Shown: positions 20,774 through 32,096, counted from the stretch's first letter. The stretch is DNA of 64,000 bases from an uncultured beta proteobacterium (GCA_963791235.1 CAWBRW010000008.1:2871-66870); one strand, 5' to 3'. Numbers and translations are program-made. The notes: a model not told the origin generated them from the sequence alone.

Positions 20774-20802
20774 AATTCGGGACGGTCGGGCCGGGTTTCA
20801 AG
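20774..20802 (-). promoter_or_regulatory. sigma-32 (heat-shock) promoter of sHSP gene B
   Basis: On the minus strand: CTTGAAA (20796-20802), a 14-nt spacer, then CCCGAATT (20774-20781). Compare the consensus CTTGAAA-N13-15-CCCCATNT. Confidence 0.6.
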
Positions 20803-20822
20803 ACCCGGCAGCAGGCAACGTG

Positions 20823-21311
20823 CTAGCTGCCGCCGCGGCCGGACCGCCGACGCGGGCGCTTGGACGGCCGGATCTCCCGCACCACCTCCGCGAACTCGTC
20901 GACGTCCTCGAAGCTGCGGTACACCGACGCGAAGCGGATGTAGGCCACCTTGTCGAGGCGCTTGAGCTCGCGCATCACCAGCTCGCCGAGCTTCTCGCTC
21001 TTGACTTCGCGCTGCGCCGACGACAGCAGCTTGTCCTCGATGCGGGCGATGGCGTCGTCGACCGCTTCCCGCGGCACCGGCCGCTTGCGCAGCGACAACT
21101 GCATCGAAGCGCGCAACTTCTCGCGGTCGTAGTCGGCCCGTCCTCCGCCGCGCTTGATGATCGTCGGCATCGCCAGCTCGACCCGCTCGTAGGTCGTGAA
21201 GCGTTTGTCGCAGGACAGGCACTTGCGGCGACGGCGGATCGTTGCGCCCTCGTCCGACGCACGCGAGTCAATGACCTGCGTGTCGGCGTTCTGGCAGAAG
21301 GGACAACGCAT
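20823..21311 (-). CDS. nrdR: transcriptional repressor NrdR
   Basis: 162 aa. Zn ribbon MRCPFCQ...[12 protein letters not shown] followed by an ATP-cone domain. Confidence 0.95.
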   Translation of the reverse strand: MRCPFCQNADTQVIDSRASDEGATIRRRRKCLSCDKRFTTYERVELAMPTIIKRGGGRADYDREKLRASMQLSLRKRPVPREAVDDAIARIEDKLLSSAQREVKSEKLGELVMRELKRLDKVAYIRFASVYRSFEDVDEFAEVVREIRPSKRPRRRSGRGGS

Positions 21312-21481
21312 CAGGCGTCCAAAGTGTACGCAGCGCTTCGCGCTGCACGTGCACTTTGACCGATCTGATCAGCGGGCCGCTCTTCGGAGCGGCCGGGCGA
21401 TCGGCCCGATTTCAACTGCAACGTGGCGGGCAGCGTCATCGCGCTTTCCATTCGACCGTCAGCACCTGCGGGAACCCAGCG

Positions 21482-22744
21482 TCAAGCACCGTAGACGGGA
21501 AAGCGGGCGGTCAGGTGGCCGACTTCGTTGCGCACGCGGGTGAGGGTGGCGGGGTCGCGGGGGTTGTCGAGGACGTCGGCAATCAGGTTGGCGGTCTGCT
21601 CGGCCTCCGCCTCCTTGAAGCCGCGCGTGGTCATCGCCGGGCTGCCGAGGCGGATGCCACTCGTGACCATCGGCTTTTCCGGGTCCTTCGGGATCGCGTT
21701 CTTGTTGATCGTGATGTGCGCCTCGCCCAGCACCGCCTCAGCGTCCTTGCCGGTGATCTGCTTGGCACGCAGGTCGACCAGCATCAGGTGACTCTCGGTA
21801 CGGCCGCTGACAATGCGCAGCCCGCGCTTGACCAGCGTTTCGGCCATCACGCGCGCATTGGTGATCACCTGCTGCTGGTAGGTCTTGAACTCGGGCGCCA
21901 GCGCCTCCTTGAACGCCACCGCCTTGGCGGCTATCACGTGCATCAGCGGGCCGCCCTGGATGCCCGGGAACACCGCGCTGTTGATCGGCTTCTCCAGAGC
22001 CGGCTTCATCAGGATCAGGCCGCCGCGCGGCCCGCGCAGCGTCTTGTGCGTCGTGCTGGTGACGACGTCCGCGTGCGGAATCGGGCTCGGATACACCCCA
22101 GCGGCGATCAGCCCTGCGTAGTGCGCCATATCGACCATGAAGTACGCGCCGACATCCTTGGCCACCTTGGCAAAGCGTGCCCAGTCGAAGCGCAGCGAAT
22201 AGGCAGACGCTCCGGCGATGATCAACTTCGGCTTGTGCCGGTGTGCCAGATTCTCCATCGCGTCGTAGTCGATCTCCTCGCGCTCGTTCAGGCCGTAGCT
22301 CACGACCTTGAACCACTTTCCGGAGATGTTGAGCGCCATGCCGTGCGTCAGGTGCCCGCCCTCGGCCAGCGACAGCCCCATGATCGTGTCGCCCGGGTTC
22401 AGCAGCGCAAGAAACACGGCAGTGTTCGCCTGCGCGCCGGAATGCGGCTGCACGTTGGCGGCAAGCTCGACAGTCGGATAGCCGAACAGCTGCTTCAACC
22501 GGTCGAGCGCCAATGTTTCGGCAACGTCGACAAACTCGCAACCGCCGTAGTAGCGCTTGCCCGGATAGCCCTCCGCGTACTTGTTGGTGAGCTGGCTGCC
22601 CTGCGCCTCCATTACCGCCGGGCTGGTGTAGTTCTCGGAGGCGATCAACTCGATGTGCTGCTCCTGGCGCCCGTTCTCCTTGCGGATGGCGGCCCAGAGG
22701 TCGGGGTCGATGGCCTCGACCGTGTGCGTTCTTCGATTGAACAT
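21482..22744 (-). CDS. glyA: serine hydroxymethyltransferase
   Basis: 420 aa with [37 protein letters not shown] and [12 protein letters not shown] motifs. Confidence 0.97.
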   Translation of the reverse strand: MFNRRTHTVEAIDPDLWAAIRKENGRQEQHIELIASENYTSPAVMEAQGSQLTNKYAEGYPGKRYYGGCEFVDVAETLALDRLKQLFGYPTVELAANVQPHSGAQANTAVFLALLNPGDTIMGLSLAEGGHLTHGMALNISGKWFKVVSYGLNEREEIDYDAMENLAHRHKPKLIIAGASAYSLRFDWARFAKVAKDVGAYFMVDMAHYAGLIAAGVYPSPIPHADVVTSTTHKTLRGPRGGLILMKPALEKPINSAVFPGIQGGPLMHVIAAKAVAFKEALAPEFKTYQQQVITNARVMAETLVKRGLRIVSGRTESHLMLVDLRAKQITGKDAEAVLGEAHITINKNAIPKDPEKPMVTSGIRLGSPAMTTRGFKEAEAEQTANLIADVLDNPRDPATLTRVRNEVGHLTARFPVYGA

Positions 22745-22782
22745 GGTTCCTCGCGGCGGGTTGCAAGTGGTTCATCACTTGC

Positions 22783-22874
22783 CATCTGCCCAGGCGAACG
22801 GCAGCTACACAGGTAGCAGATTGGTCCGCGCTCCCCGGGTGTACTCACCCTTTCGCCAGTCACGCGGAACGGGA
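22783..22874 (-). ncRNA. ZTP (pfl-motif) riboswitch in the glyA leader
   Basis: Minus-strand sequence: CCGCGUGACUGGCGAAAGGGUGAGUACACCCGGGGAGCGCGG, a linker hairpin, then CCGUUCGCCUGGGCAGA. This gives P1 (CCGCG/CGCGG), P2 (GGGUG/CACCC), the conserved GUGACUGGCG and CCGGGGAGC cores, and the 3' CGCCUGGGCA pseudoknot partner. It ends about 40 nt upstream of the glyA ATG. Confidence 0.8.
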
Positions 22875-22885
22875 TGGCGACGAAA

Positions 22886-24145
22886 TTATGCCAGTGCGTG
22901 CAGCGCCCACAGGCCGGCCGCAAGCGCCAGCAGCGGACCGCTGAAAGCGCGCAGGACCGGACCACGCAGCAACGACCCGCCGGCTGCGGCCGCCACGATC
23001 GCCTTGAAAACCACATTTGAAGCGATCGCGATGCCCACCGCAGTGAGGGCCATCACCTGCGTAAGCGCGCCGTTGTCGAGCAGGCGCAGCGCCGACAACG
23101 TGATCGCGTCGACATCGGTCGCCCCGGAAACCGCGGCCAGCGCCAGTACGCCGCGCGAGCCCACCATGTCGTTGGCCCAGGCCGCGAGCAACAGGATGAC
23201 CGCGTAGATCGCGCCGAAACCCAGTGCAGTCCGCAACTGGGTTGGATTCCTGAACGCCGCTTCGTCGACCGGCGGCGCGTCAGCCGCCGCACTCCAGTGC
23301 CAGGCGACACCCGCCAGCGACGCCAGCAGTGAAGGAACGATGACCAGCAGCGCCAGCGGCAGGGAAGCGGGTGCGACGACACCCACCAGGACAAGAACCC
23401 TCACCAGTTTCGTCGCATTCGCCAGCAGGATCACGAGCAGCGCCGCGGACATGGGCTGTGTGCCGGCAGCGACGTGACGGGCGTAGACCAGTGTGGTGGC
23501 GGTGCTCGACACAACGCCACCCAGCACGCCGGTGAGCACAAGCCCGTGGCGACCCCAGGTCAGGCGCCAGGCGACATAGCCCGCCAGGCTGACTGCCGCG
23601 ACCAGCACGACCATCAGCCAGACCTGGAATGGATTGAGCACCCCGTAAGGCCCGAACGAACGATCCGGCAGCAGCGGCAGGATCACCGCGGTCAGCACCG
23701 CGAACTGCAGCATCGAGCGGATGTCCCGGCCGGTCAGCTTGTGGCTGAATCCTTCAAGTTCTGCCTTGAAGTAGAGCAGCACTGTCATGCCGACGCCGAG
23801 CGCGACGGCCAGCGTGCGATAGCCGTAGTAGTTGGCAGCGCCGAGGAAGAACACCGCGATCGCGGCGACGACGGTCGTGGTACCGGCATCGTCACGCACT
23901 GAGTCAGGGTCCTGCAGGTAGGCCGCCACCAACGCGCCGGTCACGCACAGCGCCCCGGCACCGAGGGCCCAGGCGGAACCGGTGGCCTCGGTCAGCAGCG
24001 CGGCTAGCGAGCCCAGCACTGCGATCAGTGCGAAGGTGCGCACCCCGGCTTTCGCCGACGGCTTGCGCTCGCGCTCGAGCCCGACCAGCAGCCCGATGCC
24101 CGCGCTCAAAGCAAAGGAAAGAACCAGCGTCAGCGACGCGTTCAT
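22886..24145 (-). CDS. MgtC/SapB-family membrane protein with DUF4010 domain
   Basis: 419 aa, polytopic. N-terminal MgtC-like segment (GIGLLVGLERE....AGVRTFALI) followed by a long hydrophobic DUF4010-like part. Confidence 0.75.
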   Translation of the reverse strand: MNASLTLVLSFALSAGIGLLVGLERERKPSAKAGVRTFALIAVLGSLAALLTEATGSAWALGAGALCVTGALVAAYLQDPDSVRDDAGTTTVVAAIAVFFLGAANYYGYRTLAVALGVGMTVLLYFKAELEGFSHKLTGRDIRSMLQFAVLTAVILPLLPDRSFGPYGVLNPFQVWLMVVLVAAVSLAGYVAWRLTWGRHGLVLTGVLGGVVSSTATTLVYARHVAAGTQPMSAALLVILLANATKLVRVLVLVGVVAPASLPLALLVIVPSLLASLAGVAWHWSAAADAPPVDEAAFRNPTQLRTALGFGAIYAVILLLAAWANDMVGSRGVLALAAVSGATDVDAITLSALRLLDNGALTQVMALTAVGIAIASNVVFKAIVAAAAGGSLLRGPVLRAFSGPLLALAAGLWALHALA

Positions 24146-24206
24146 CCACTCACTGTAGAGGCCAGACGGAAGGTCGGCTTGGCGCCGGTCAACGCCGGAG
24201 CCGCAC

Positions 24207-24849
24207 TCAGGTCAGGGTTTCGTCACGTGCCTGCGCAAGGTGCGTGACATCCGCCCAGTCGACGATGTTCATCGTCAGGGGCGGCACCTCGGCGCTCAGA
24301 CGGTTGATGCCGGCGTTCAGCATCTGATGCTCGCGTGGGGCATCCCAGGCGAGCCGACGGGCGGTGCGATACACGACATCCAGCACACCCCCGTGCGTGA
24401 CCACCGCCACCGTTCCGCCGCGATGCCGGGCAACGATGTCGTGCAGCGATTCGAGTACACGCTCCATCAGTTGCTGGCCACTCTCGCCGCCGTCGATGGC
24501 CCACGCCGGCTCCCGTTCGCGCCAGCGCCGAAAACCCTCGGGATGCTGGACCGCGATTTCGTCGAGCGTAAGCCCTTCGAAGACCCCGAACGAGCGCTCG
24601 CGCAGGCGCGTGTCGGCAATGATCTCCCGGCCGAGTCGCTCGGCCAGCGGCGCGGCAGTCAGCCACGCCCGAGCGAGCTCACTGGAATACACCGCGTCAA
24701 TGACTTCGCTTGCCAGTCGGTCAGCCAGGCAGGCGGCCTGCCGTATGCCGGTCTGGAGACAGCGGGATATCGAGGTGGCCCTGGATCCGGTGTTCGGCGT
24801 TCCACGCCGTCTCACCGTGCCGAATGAGCAGCAGCGCGGTCGAGGTCAC
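24207..24849 (-). pseudogene. histidine phosphatase (phosphoglycerate-mutase-like) family protein, reading frame broken once
   Basis: A GTG at 24847-24849 (GTGA overlap with the upstream stop) opens [30 protein letters not shown]. This then hits a stop, and the rest (QTGIRQAACLADRL...VVTHGGVL...) is in another frame. The break is near 24761. Confidence 0.8.
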
Positions 24850-25472
24850 GCGAGACGCGGGTTGAGCGTGTACGTGCCCTGGATCGAGGCCTGTCCCAGC
24901 ACGTGGCCCTCCATCGCCTTCAATACGTCGGTCGCGGCAAACTTGCCTTCGACCGGAACGCGGTCGATGTCGAGCGCGTACAGCGTGAATTCATAGTGAT
25001 GCAGGATCGAGTCGTTCCACGGCGGGCACGGCCCGTCGTAGCCGAAATAGTCGCCGCTCATGTCGTGGTCGGACGCAAACCAGCCGGTGTAGTCGTTGAG
25101 GCCCTGGCGCGTGCCATTGATCGCCGCCGGCCCGTTCTTGCCTCGTGGCGTCACTTCCTTCGAGTAACTGCCGGCCTCGATCGCCCGGGTGGCCGACGCA
25201 ATGTCGATCAGTGCCCAGTGATAGAAGGACACCCGCGGCAGCGTGTCCGGAATCTCGCGGTCCTCCTTGAAGAGGTCGTCCGGTTTGCTCGGCACGTCGG
25301 GGTCGTGGCAGATCAGCGCGAACGACTTCGTGCCGGTCGGCACGTCGCTCCACGCGAAATGCGGATTGCGATTGGCCGACAGCTTGACGTGGTGCGCCGG
25401 GTCGATAACGCAAAACGCGTTCTCGGCGGGAACCGGACTGCCGTTCGTGAACGAATCGCTCCAGAGTTTCAT
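24846..25472 (-). CDS. YbhB/YbcL-family (PEBP / Raf-kinase-inhibitor-like) protein
   Basis: 208 aa with [23 protein letters not shown] and [11 protein letters not shown] motifs. ATGA overlap with the dtd stop. Confidence 0.85.
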   Translation of the reverse strand: MKLWSDSFTNGSPVPAENAFCVIDPAHHVKLSANRNPHFAWSDVPTGTKSFALICHDPDVPSKPDDLFKEDREIPDTLPRVSFYHWALIDIASATRAIEAGSYSKEVTPRGKNGPAAINGTRQGLNDYTGWFASDHDMSGDYFGYDGPCPPWNDSILHHYEFTLYALDIDRVPVEGKFAATDVLKAMEGHVLGQASIQGTYTLNPRLA

Positions 25473-25930
25473 GGTGTCTCCTCCTGCCTCGGACGGACCT
25501 GCAACCAGAATGTCACGGGACCATCGTCGATCAATTCGACCTGCATGTGCGCGCCGAAACGACCGACTGCGACCGCGCCATGAAGCGCCCGCGCCTGCTC
25601 GACGAAGTACTCGAACAGTGCGCGCCCGCGCTCAGGGACGGCGGCGGGAGTGAAGCTGGGCCTGGTTCCGCTCATCGTGTCCGCAGCGAGCGTGAATTGC
25701 GGCACGATCAGCAGTCCGCCGGCGACGTCACGCACGCTCAGGTTCATCTTCCCGTCCGCATCGGCGAACACACGATACCCGAGGAGCTTGCGCAGCAGGG
25801 CGGCAGCCTCGCCCTCGCCATCCGAGCGTTCCGCGCACACCAGCGCCACGAGCCCGGGTCCGATGGCACCCACATTCACGCCATCGACCGTGACTCGACC
25901 TTGCGTCACCCGCTGAATCAGCGCAATCAT
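25469..25930 (-). CDS. dtd: D-aminoacyl-tRNA deacylase
   Basis: 153 aa: MIALIQRV..., [14 protein letters not shown], ...[17 protein letters not shown]-like. Confidence 0.95.
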   Translation of the reverse strand: MIALIQRVTQGRVTVDGVNVGAIGPGLVALVCAERSDGEGEAAALLRKLLGYRVFADADGKMNLSVRDVAGGLLIVPQFTLAADTMSGTRPSFTPAAVPERGRALFEYFVEQARALHGAVAVGRFGAHMQVELIDDGPVTFWLQVRPRQEETP

Positions 25931-26001
25931 CGGCAGTCATTTTACTGGGGCACTAACGGCGGCCAGGACCGTCCAATCGCTGTTGGATTCGCAACGACGA
26001 G

Positions 26002-26529
26002 GTGAGGAATTCCGGCGACGACCTGCGCGGAACGATGGTGGATCGCGCCTCGGCGCAGCGGGCGCGGCGCCTGCTGCCATCCGAGCGCCTGGCCGAACTG
26101 ACCCGGCTGTCGGCCTGGCGTTCGAGCGCAGCGATCGACCGCTGGGGCGTGGTCGCGTTTCACGTCGGCGCTCCGCTGGTGGCACTGGTGCTTGGCGGCC
26201 CCATTGCGCTCGAAGGCAACTTTCTGGTCCTTTGGACCCTTTCGCTGGTGACAGTGATCCAGCCCATCCTGCGGCTGCGCGCCATCTGCGAACACGGCGC
26301 CGTCACCGATTTGACGACACCGCTGACCGCGGCCCGGACCAACCTGGCGGGACCCATCGCCCGATTGGTGCTGTTCCCGCACCACGTGAACTATCACGTC
26401 GAGCACCACCTGTTTCCGGCCGTGCCGCGCTAACGGCTGCCGGAATTGCATCGCGAACTCGACCAGCTCGGGGTACTGCAGGCCGCCGAAGTCCGGCCCC
26501 TGAGTGACACTTTCAGGCGCGTCTCGTAG
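26002..26529 (+). pseudogene. fatty-acid desaturase family remnant (internal deletion plus in-frame stop)
   Basis: Only about 175 codons fit between dtd and tyrS. The N-terminal desaturase-like segment joins directly to the C-terminal His-box region (ICEHG ... HHVNYHVEHHLFPAVP), so His boxes 1 and 2 are missing. A TAA at 26431-26433 interrupts ...PAVPR*RLPELHRELDQLGVL, at the position where I would expect a Tyr codon. Confidence 0.7.
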
Positions 26530-26562
26530 AGCGCGGCACGTTGGCGACCGCGCCGCGCTCCG

Positions 26563-27809
<1,247 letters not shown>

Positions 27810-27871
27810 GGCTTTTAAGGAGGCCTTGGCCCCGGTCAAGGGGGCCTGCCGGGATATACTCCACCCTTCGC

Positions 27872-27900
27872 AAAAAAGCGCACCGGGTGGTGCGCTTTTT
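27872..27900. other. A-run / GC stem / T-run hairpin (terminator-like on both strands) between divergent tyrS and M23 peptidase starts
   Basis: AAAAAAGCGCACC-GGGT-GGTGCGCTTTTT. Unusual position: it lies in a divergent 5' region, not at a gene end. Confidence 0.6.
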
Positions 27901-27915
27901 CCTGACTGGTGGTCG

Positions 27916-29340
27916 ATGTCGCTCGAGATTCTATCCAAACAGCTCAAAAGCCTCGGTGCCGACGTCCGTCTCGGCGCGCGGCTGGCGATGCGTCGCTGGA
28001 GACAGCTCGATCGCAGCACCCGCAGTCGCATCGAACTCACCGCCGTGTTCTCGTTGCTGCCGCTGTCAGCAGCGCTTGCCGCCATCGCAGCGGCGCCGAC
28101 GGCGCTCGATCTGGATTCGATCCAGGCGCGGCCGATCGTCGAAGCGATCGCCAGTCCATCGATCAGCGAACAACTCCAGGACATCTCGGGCTGCGCAGCG
28201 AATCCTTCGTCCGCGAAGCGCGGGTGCAGCGCGGCGAGCCGATCAGTGCACTGCTGCGGCGGCATGGGAGTCGATGACGCGGCCGCGGAGCAGTTCCTCC
28301 GGACGGATGCCTCAGCGCGCCCACTCGCGCGCCTGGCGCCAGGCCGGTTCGTTCAGGCGAACATCGATGGCCCCGGCCGCCTGAACTGGCTTCGCGCCTA
28401 CAGCGTCGATGGCGGCACATCGTCGACCAGCACGCGCGTGACCACGCTGTCGCGCGACTCGAGAGGCGACGTCCGGCTTTGCCATCGCCGAGGCAATGAT
28501 GGATCTGGAGCGCCGTGTCGAACTGCGCAGCGGCGAAGTCCAGGGCTCGTTCTTCGCAGCGGCGGACGCGGCCGACATTCCCGACTCGATCGCACAGGAG
28601 ATCATCGACGCGCTCGAAAGCGAAATCGACTTTCACCGCAACCTGCGCCGCGGTGACAGCTTCCGCGCGATCTACGAAGGCCTGTACGCGGGCGGTGAGT
28701 ACCTGCGTCCGGGCCGCCTGCTGGCGGTCGAGTTCATCAACCAGGGCAAGGCGGTCGAGGCATTCTGGTTCGACGACGGCAGCAAGCATGGCGGCTACTA
28801 CGCGTACGGCGGCCGCAGCATGAAGCGCGCGTTCCTGCGTTCTCCGCTGGAATACACGCGAATGAGCTCGGGCTTCAGCGACAGCCGCACGCATCCGGTG
28901 TTCGGTTACGACGCCGCGCACCGCGGTATCGACTATTCCGCCCCGACCGGCACCAAGGTACGCACGGTCGCCGGCGGGCACCGTCGAGTTCGCCGGCTGG
29001 CAGCGCGGCTACGGCAACGTGGTCGAGATCCGGCACGACGAGAAGCACGCCACCCTTTATGCGCATCTGCAGGCCTTCGCGCCCGGGATGGTCAAGGGGG
29101 CGCGCATTGCGCAGGGTGATCTGATCGGATTCGTCGGCTCGACCGGATGGGCCACTGGCCCGCACCTGCACTTCGAGGTCAAGATCCGCGGCGTGCACGG
29201 TGAATCCGCTGGTCGCGGAGCTGCCGGGTGCCGAGCCGCTGGGCGAGTCGCAACAGGCAGAACTGGTCGTCGCCGCGACGCCATTGCGTCAGCAGCTCGC
29301 ACTGCTCGAGCGCATCCGGGTCGCAGCCCTCACGCGCTGA
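27916..29340 (+). pseudogene. M23-family (LytM/NlpD-like) peptidase, reading frame broken about five times
   Basis: The pieces join as MSLEIL...TM...SEQLQDISG / [26 protein letters not shown] / [19 protein letters not shown]... / GFAIAEAMMDLERRVELRSGEVQGSFF...IDFHRNLRRGDSF...HRGIDYSAPTGTKVRTVA.G / TVEFAGWQRGYGNVVEIRHD..TLYAHL...GSTGWATGPHLHFEVKIRGVH / VNPLVAELPGAEPL...TR. The breaks are near 28190, 28269, 28472, 28978 and 29199. An alternative start lies at 27988 (MRRWRQL). Confidence 0.8.
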
Positions 29341-29347
29341 CGGCCGC

Positions 29348-30471
29348 ATGGCCGCACGCCTCGACGACGCCGCACTTTCCGAGCTTTTCATCGGACTGAT
29401 GTCCGGCACCAGCCTGGATGGTGTCGACGCGGTCCTCGCCGACTTTTCGGTGCACCCGCCACGAACGCTGGCGCATTCTCACCGGTCGTTTCCGGCGGAT
29501 CTGCGCAACGAATTGCTCGAACTGTCGAGTCCCGGAGCGAACGAGATCGAGCGCTCGGGGATGGCCGCCGTAACGCTCTCGGAGATCTACGCCGACGCGG
29601 TCGCTGGAGTGCTCGCCGATGCGGGCGTCACTGCAGCGCAGGTCGCGGCGATTGGCGCGCACGGACAGACCGTCCGGCACCGGCCGGACGCCGGCTACAC
29701 GCTCCAGCTGAACGCTCCGGCGCGGCTGGCCGAAGCGCACGGGCATCGACGTCGTCGCGGACTTCCGCAGCCGCGACATCGCGGCCGGCGGACAGGGCGC
29801 GCCCCTGGTACCGGCGTTCCACGCCACCGTTTTCGCGTCGTCGCAGCCGCGCGCCGTGGTCAACATCGGCGGTATCAGCAACGTGACGTTCCTGCGCGGT
29901 GACAGCCAGGCGCCGATCGGCTTCGACTGCGGACCCGGCAACGTGCTGCTGGACCTGCACGCCGCGCGGCACCTTGCGCAGCCGTTTGACCGCGGCGGAG
30001 CCTACGCGCAGACCGGCCGATTGGACCCTGAACTGCTCGCGCGGCTACTGGACGAACCGTACCTTGCCGCGGCGCCGCCGAAGAGCACGGGTCGGGAACT
30101 CTTTTCCGCGACCTGGCTGGACGTCAGGCTCGAGGGATCGTCCACCCGACCGCCGGATGTCCAGCGCACGCTCACGGAGTTCACCGCACGCGCGATCGGT
30201 GACTCAGATCAGCCGCTGGTGCAACGCCGCCGTCGACATCGTCGTCTGCGGCGGCGGAGCACGCAACGCCACGCTGATGGCTGCACTCGAAGCAGTCGTT
30301 GCACCCCGACCGGTCTGCCTGTCGGATGCCATGGGGATTCCGCATGACCAGGTCGAGGCGCTGGCGTTTGCCTGGCTCGCACGCTGCTGCCTGAGGCGCG
30401 AGCCGGGCGCCGTGCCCGAGGTCACTGGAGCGCGGGGCGCGCGCGTCCTTGGCGCGATCTACCCGCGCTGA
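29348..30471 (+). pseudogene. anmK: anhydro-N-acetylmuramic acid kinase, reading frame broken twice
   Basis: FIGLMSGTSLDGVDAVLADF...AIGAHGQTVRHRP...LQLNAPARLAEAHG / IDVVADFRSRDIAAGGQGAPLVPAFH...PKSTGRELF... / ISRWCNAAVDIVVCGGGARN..L. The breaks are near 29742 and 30207 (one extra base each). Confidence 0.85.
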
Positions 30472-30477
30472 GCCCAA

Positions 30478-30510
30478 AGAAAAAGGGGCGCCAGTGGCGC
30501 CCCTTCTTGT
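30478..30510. terminator. bidirectional rho-independent terminator between convergent anmK and erpA
   Basis: AGAAAAA-GGGGCGCC-AGT-GGCGCCCC-TTCTTGT. Confidence 0.75.
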
Positions 30511-30523
30511 CGATGCAGCCGAG

Positions 30524-30874
30524 CTAGGCCGAAAACGATGACCCGCAACCGCAGGTCGTCGTCGCGTTCGGATTCTTGATCACGAACTGCGCGCCCTCGA
30601 GGTCCTCTTTGTAGTCGATCTCTGCGCCGACCAGATACTGGTAGCTCATCGAGTCGATCAGGAGCATGACGCCATTTTTCTCCATCGTGGCGTCATCCTC
30701 GTTGACGACCTCGTCGAACGTGAAGCCGTACTGGAAACCTGAGCAGCCGCCGCCCTGCACGAACACGCGCAGCTTCAGCGACGGGTTGCCCTCTTCGTCG
30801 ATCAGCGCCTTGACCTTCGACGCTGCTGCATCGGTAAAGAGCAGCGGGGCGGGCATTTCAACAGCAGCGTTCAT
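30524..30874 (-). CDS. erpA: iron-sulfur cluster insertion protein ErpA
   Basis: 116 aa with [20 protein letters not shown] and a C-terminal CGCGSSF. Confidence 0.95.
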   Translation of the reverse strand: MNAAVEMPAPLLFTDAAASKVKALIDEEGNPSLKLRVFVQGGGCSGFQYGFTFDEVVNEDDATMEKNGVMLLIDSMSYQYLVGAEIDYKEDLEGAQFVIKNPNATTTCGCGSSFSA

Positions 30875-30935
30875 TGCGTTTCTCCATACAGGGACGTCGT
30901 GGCCATTATAGGCATCGTGGCGCCGGTCGGTGCAC

Positions 30936-31349
30936 TCATGCCGTCTCGGAGGTGGTACCTCCGGCAGCCAGTTTCAAGGCCGGCCGGGCGTCCGGCAGCT
31001 CGTGGATCAGGCGCCCTTCAACCACGGCGCCATGATGGATTTCCAGCGCCCGGTAGTGAATGTCGCCGACCACGTGCGCCTTGGGTTGCAACTCGATCAC
31101 GTCCGACACGAAGATCGGACCGGTGACCTTGCCCGAGACAACAAGGTGCGCCGCGTGGACTTCACCGATGACGTGGCCCAGTTCGCTGATGATGACCATC
31201 GCGGGCTGGCCATCGGTGCAACGCACGTCCCCTTTCACCGTGCCGTCGATACGCAATCCACCCGTGTACGACAGCGTTCCCTCGATCGTGGTTCCGGCCC
31301 CGACCAGGGTGCCGATTGTCTTGGGTGTCGAACGATTGGATCCGAACAT
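30936..31349 (-). CDS. bactofilin-family polymer-forming cytoskeletal protein
   Basis: 137 aa. Repeated beta-helical pattern ([21 protein letters not shown]...[18 protein letters not shown]...[21 protein letters not shown]). Confidence 0.85.
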   Translation of the reverse strand: MFGSNRSTPKTIGTLVGAGTTIEGTLSYTGGLRIDGTVKGDVRCTDGQPAMVIISELGHVIGEVHAAHLVVSGKVTGPIFVSDVIELQPKAHVVGDIHYRALEIHHGAVVEGRLIHELPDARPALKLAAGGTTSETA

Positions 31350-31358
31350 CCTGCCTCC

Positions 31359-32096
31359 CTACATCGAATATGTCTGTTGTGCCCGCGTCTCGCCGCCGGA
31401 ACTGATCGTCACCTGCACCGAGCGCACCACCGCTCCGACGGGTACCGAAAAACTTCCTTCGACCCGCTGATAGTGGCGGAACGAAAGCGGCGCAGGCCCG
31501 GCCGCGGGATGAGCTGCGTCGGGCAACTGCAGCACGGTCGACCGCCCGTCCTGCTGCAGGCTCACCTTCAGGACGACCGTTCCCACGAAATCGCGATCGG
31601 GTCGCCCGCTCTGCTGGACCAGCAGACGGTAGCGCAGCGTGGCTTCATCAGTATCCGGCTGCAACTGAAAACTGCGAATCACCACTCCGCGTGCCGCAGC
31701 AGCTGGGGCCGGCAGCAGGCTCTCGAAGAACGCGAGGTCGGCCCTGAGTCGGGCGTTGTCCTCCTCGAGCGACTTCATCTGCACCGCGATGCCCTCGCGA
31801 GTCGCGCGCTCGACGCTCAACTGGTTCTCGACCTGAACCGCCTCGGCCGCCACGCGGTCCCGCTCGGCTGTCAGCCTTTGCAACTGCGACCGCGCCGTCT
31901 CGAGTTCCGCGAGGATCGTGCCGTGATCCGGCTGGCCGATATCGCGCGCATAGCGATAGACGGCAGCCAGGCCCGCCGCCGCGATCAACACGGCGACCAG
32001 CAGTACTCCGGCGCGCAGCGCCCAGGGCAGCTGCGTCCGCACCGCCACGCGCGGGGCGCTGACGGAAAGATTGCGCATCCATAACTTCAACTTCAT
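31359..32096 (-). CDS. membrane-anchored coiled-coil protein of unknown function (paired with bactofilin)
   Basis: 245 aa. One N-terminal TM helix (LRAGVLLVAVLIAAAGLAAVY), a coiled coil (ELETARSQLQRL...LEEDNARLRADLAFFE) and a beta-rich C-terminal domain. Lies 9 nt upstream of the bactofilin gene. A later start (MRNLS) is possible. Confidence 0.6.
   Translation of the reverse strand: MKLKLWMRNLSVSAPRVAVRTQLPWALRAGVLLVAVLIAAAGLAAVYRYARDIGQPDHGTILAELETARSQLQRLTAERDRVAAEAVQVENQLSVERATREGIAVQMKSLEEDNARLRADLAFFESLLPAPAAAARGVVIRSFQLQPDTDEATLRYRLLVQQSGRPDRDFVGTVVLKVSLQQDGRSTVLQLPDAAHPAAGPAPLSFRHYQRVEGSFSVPVGAVVRSVQVTISSGGETRAQQTYSM

Noticed and set aside
27810-27915. T-box leader upstream of tyrS
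   Set aside because: There is no specifier loop or T-box sequence, the spacer is only about 100 nt, and T-boxes are not expected in this lineage.
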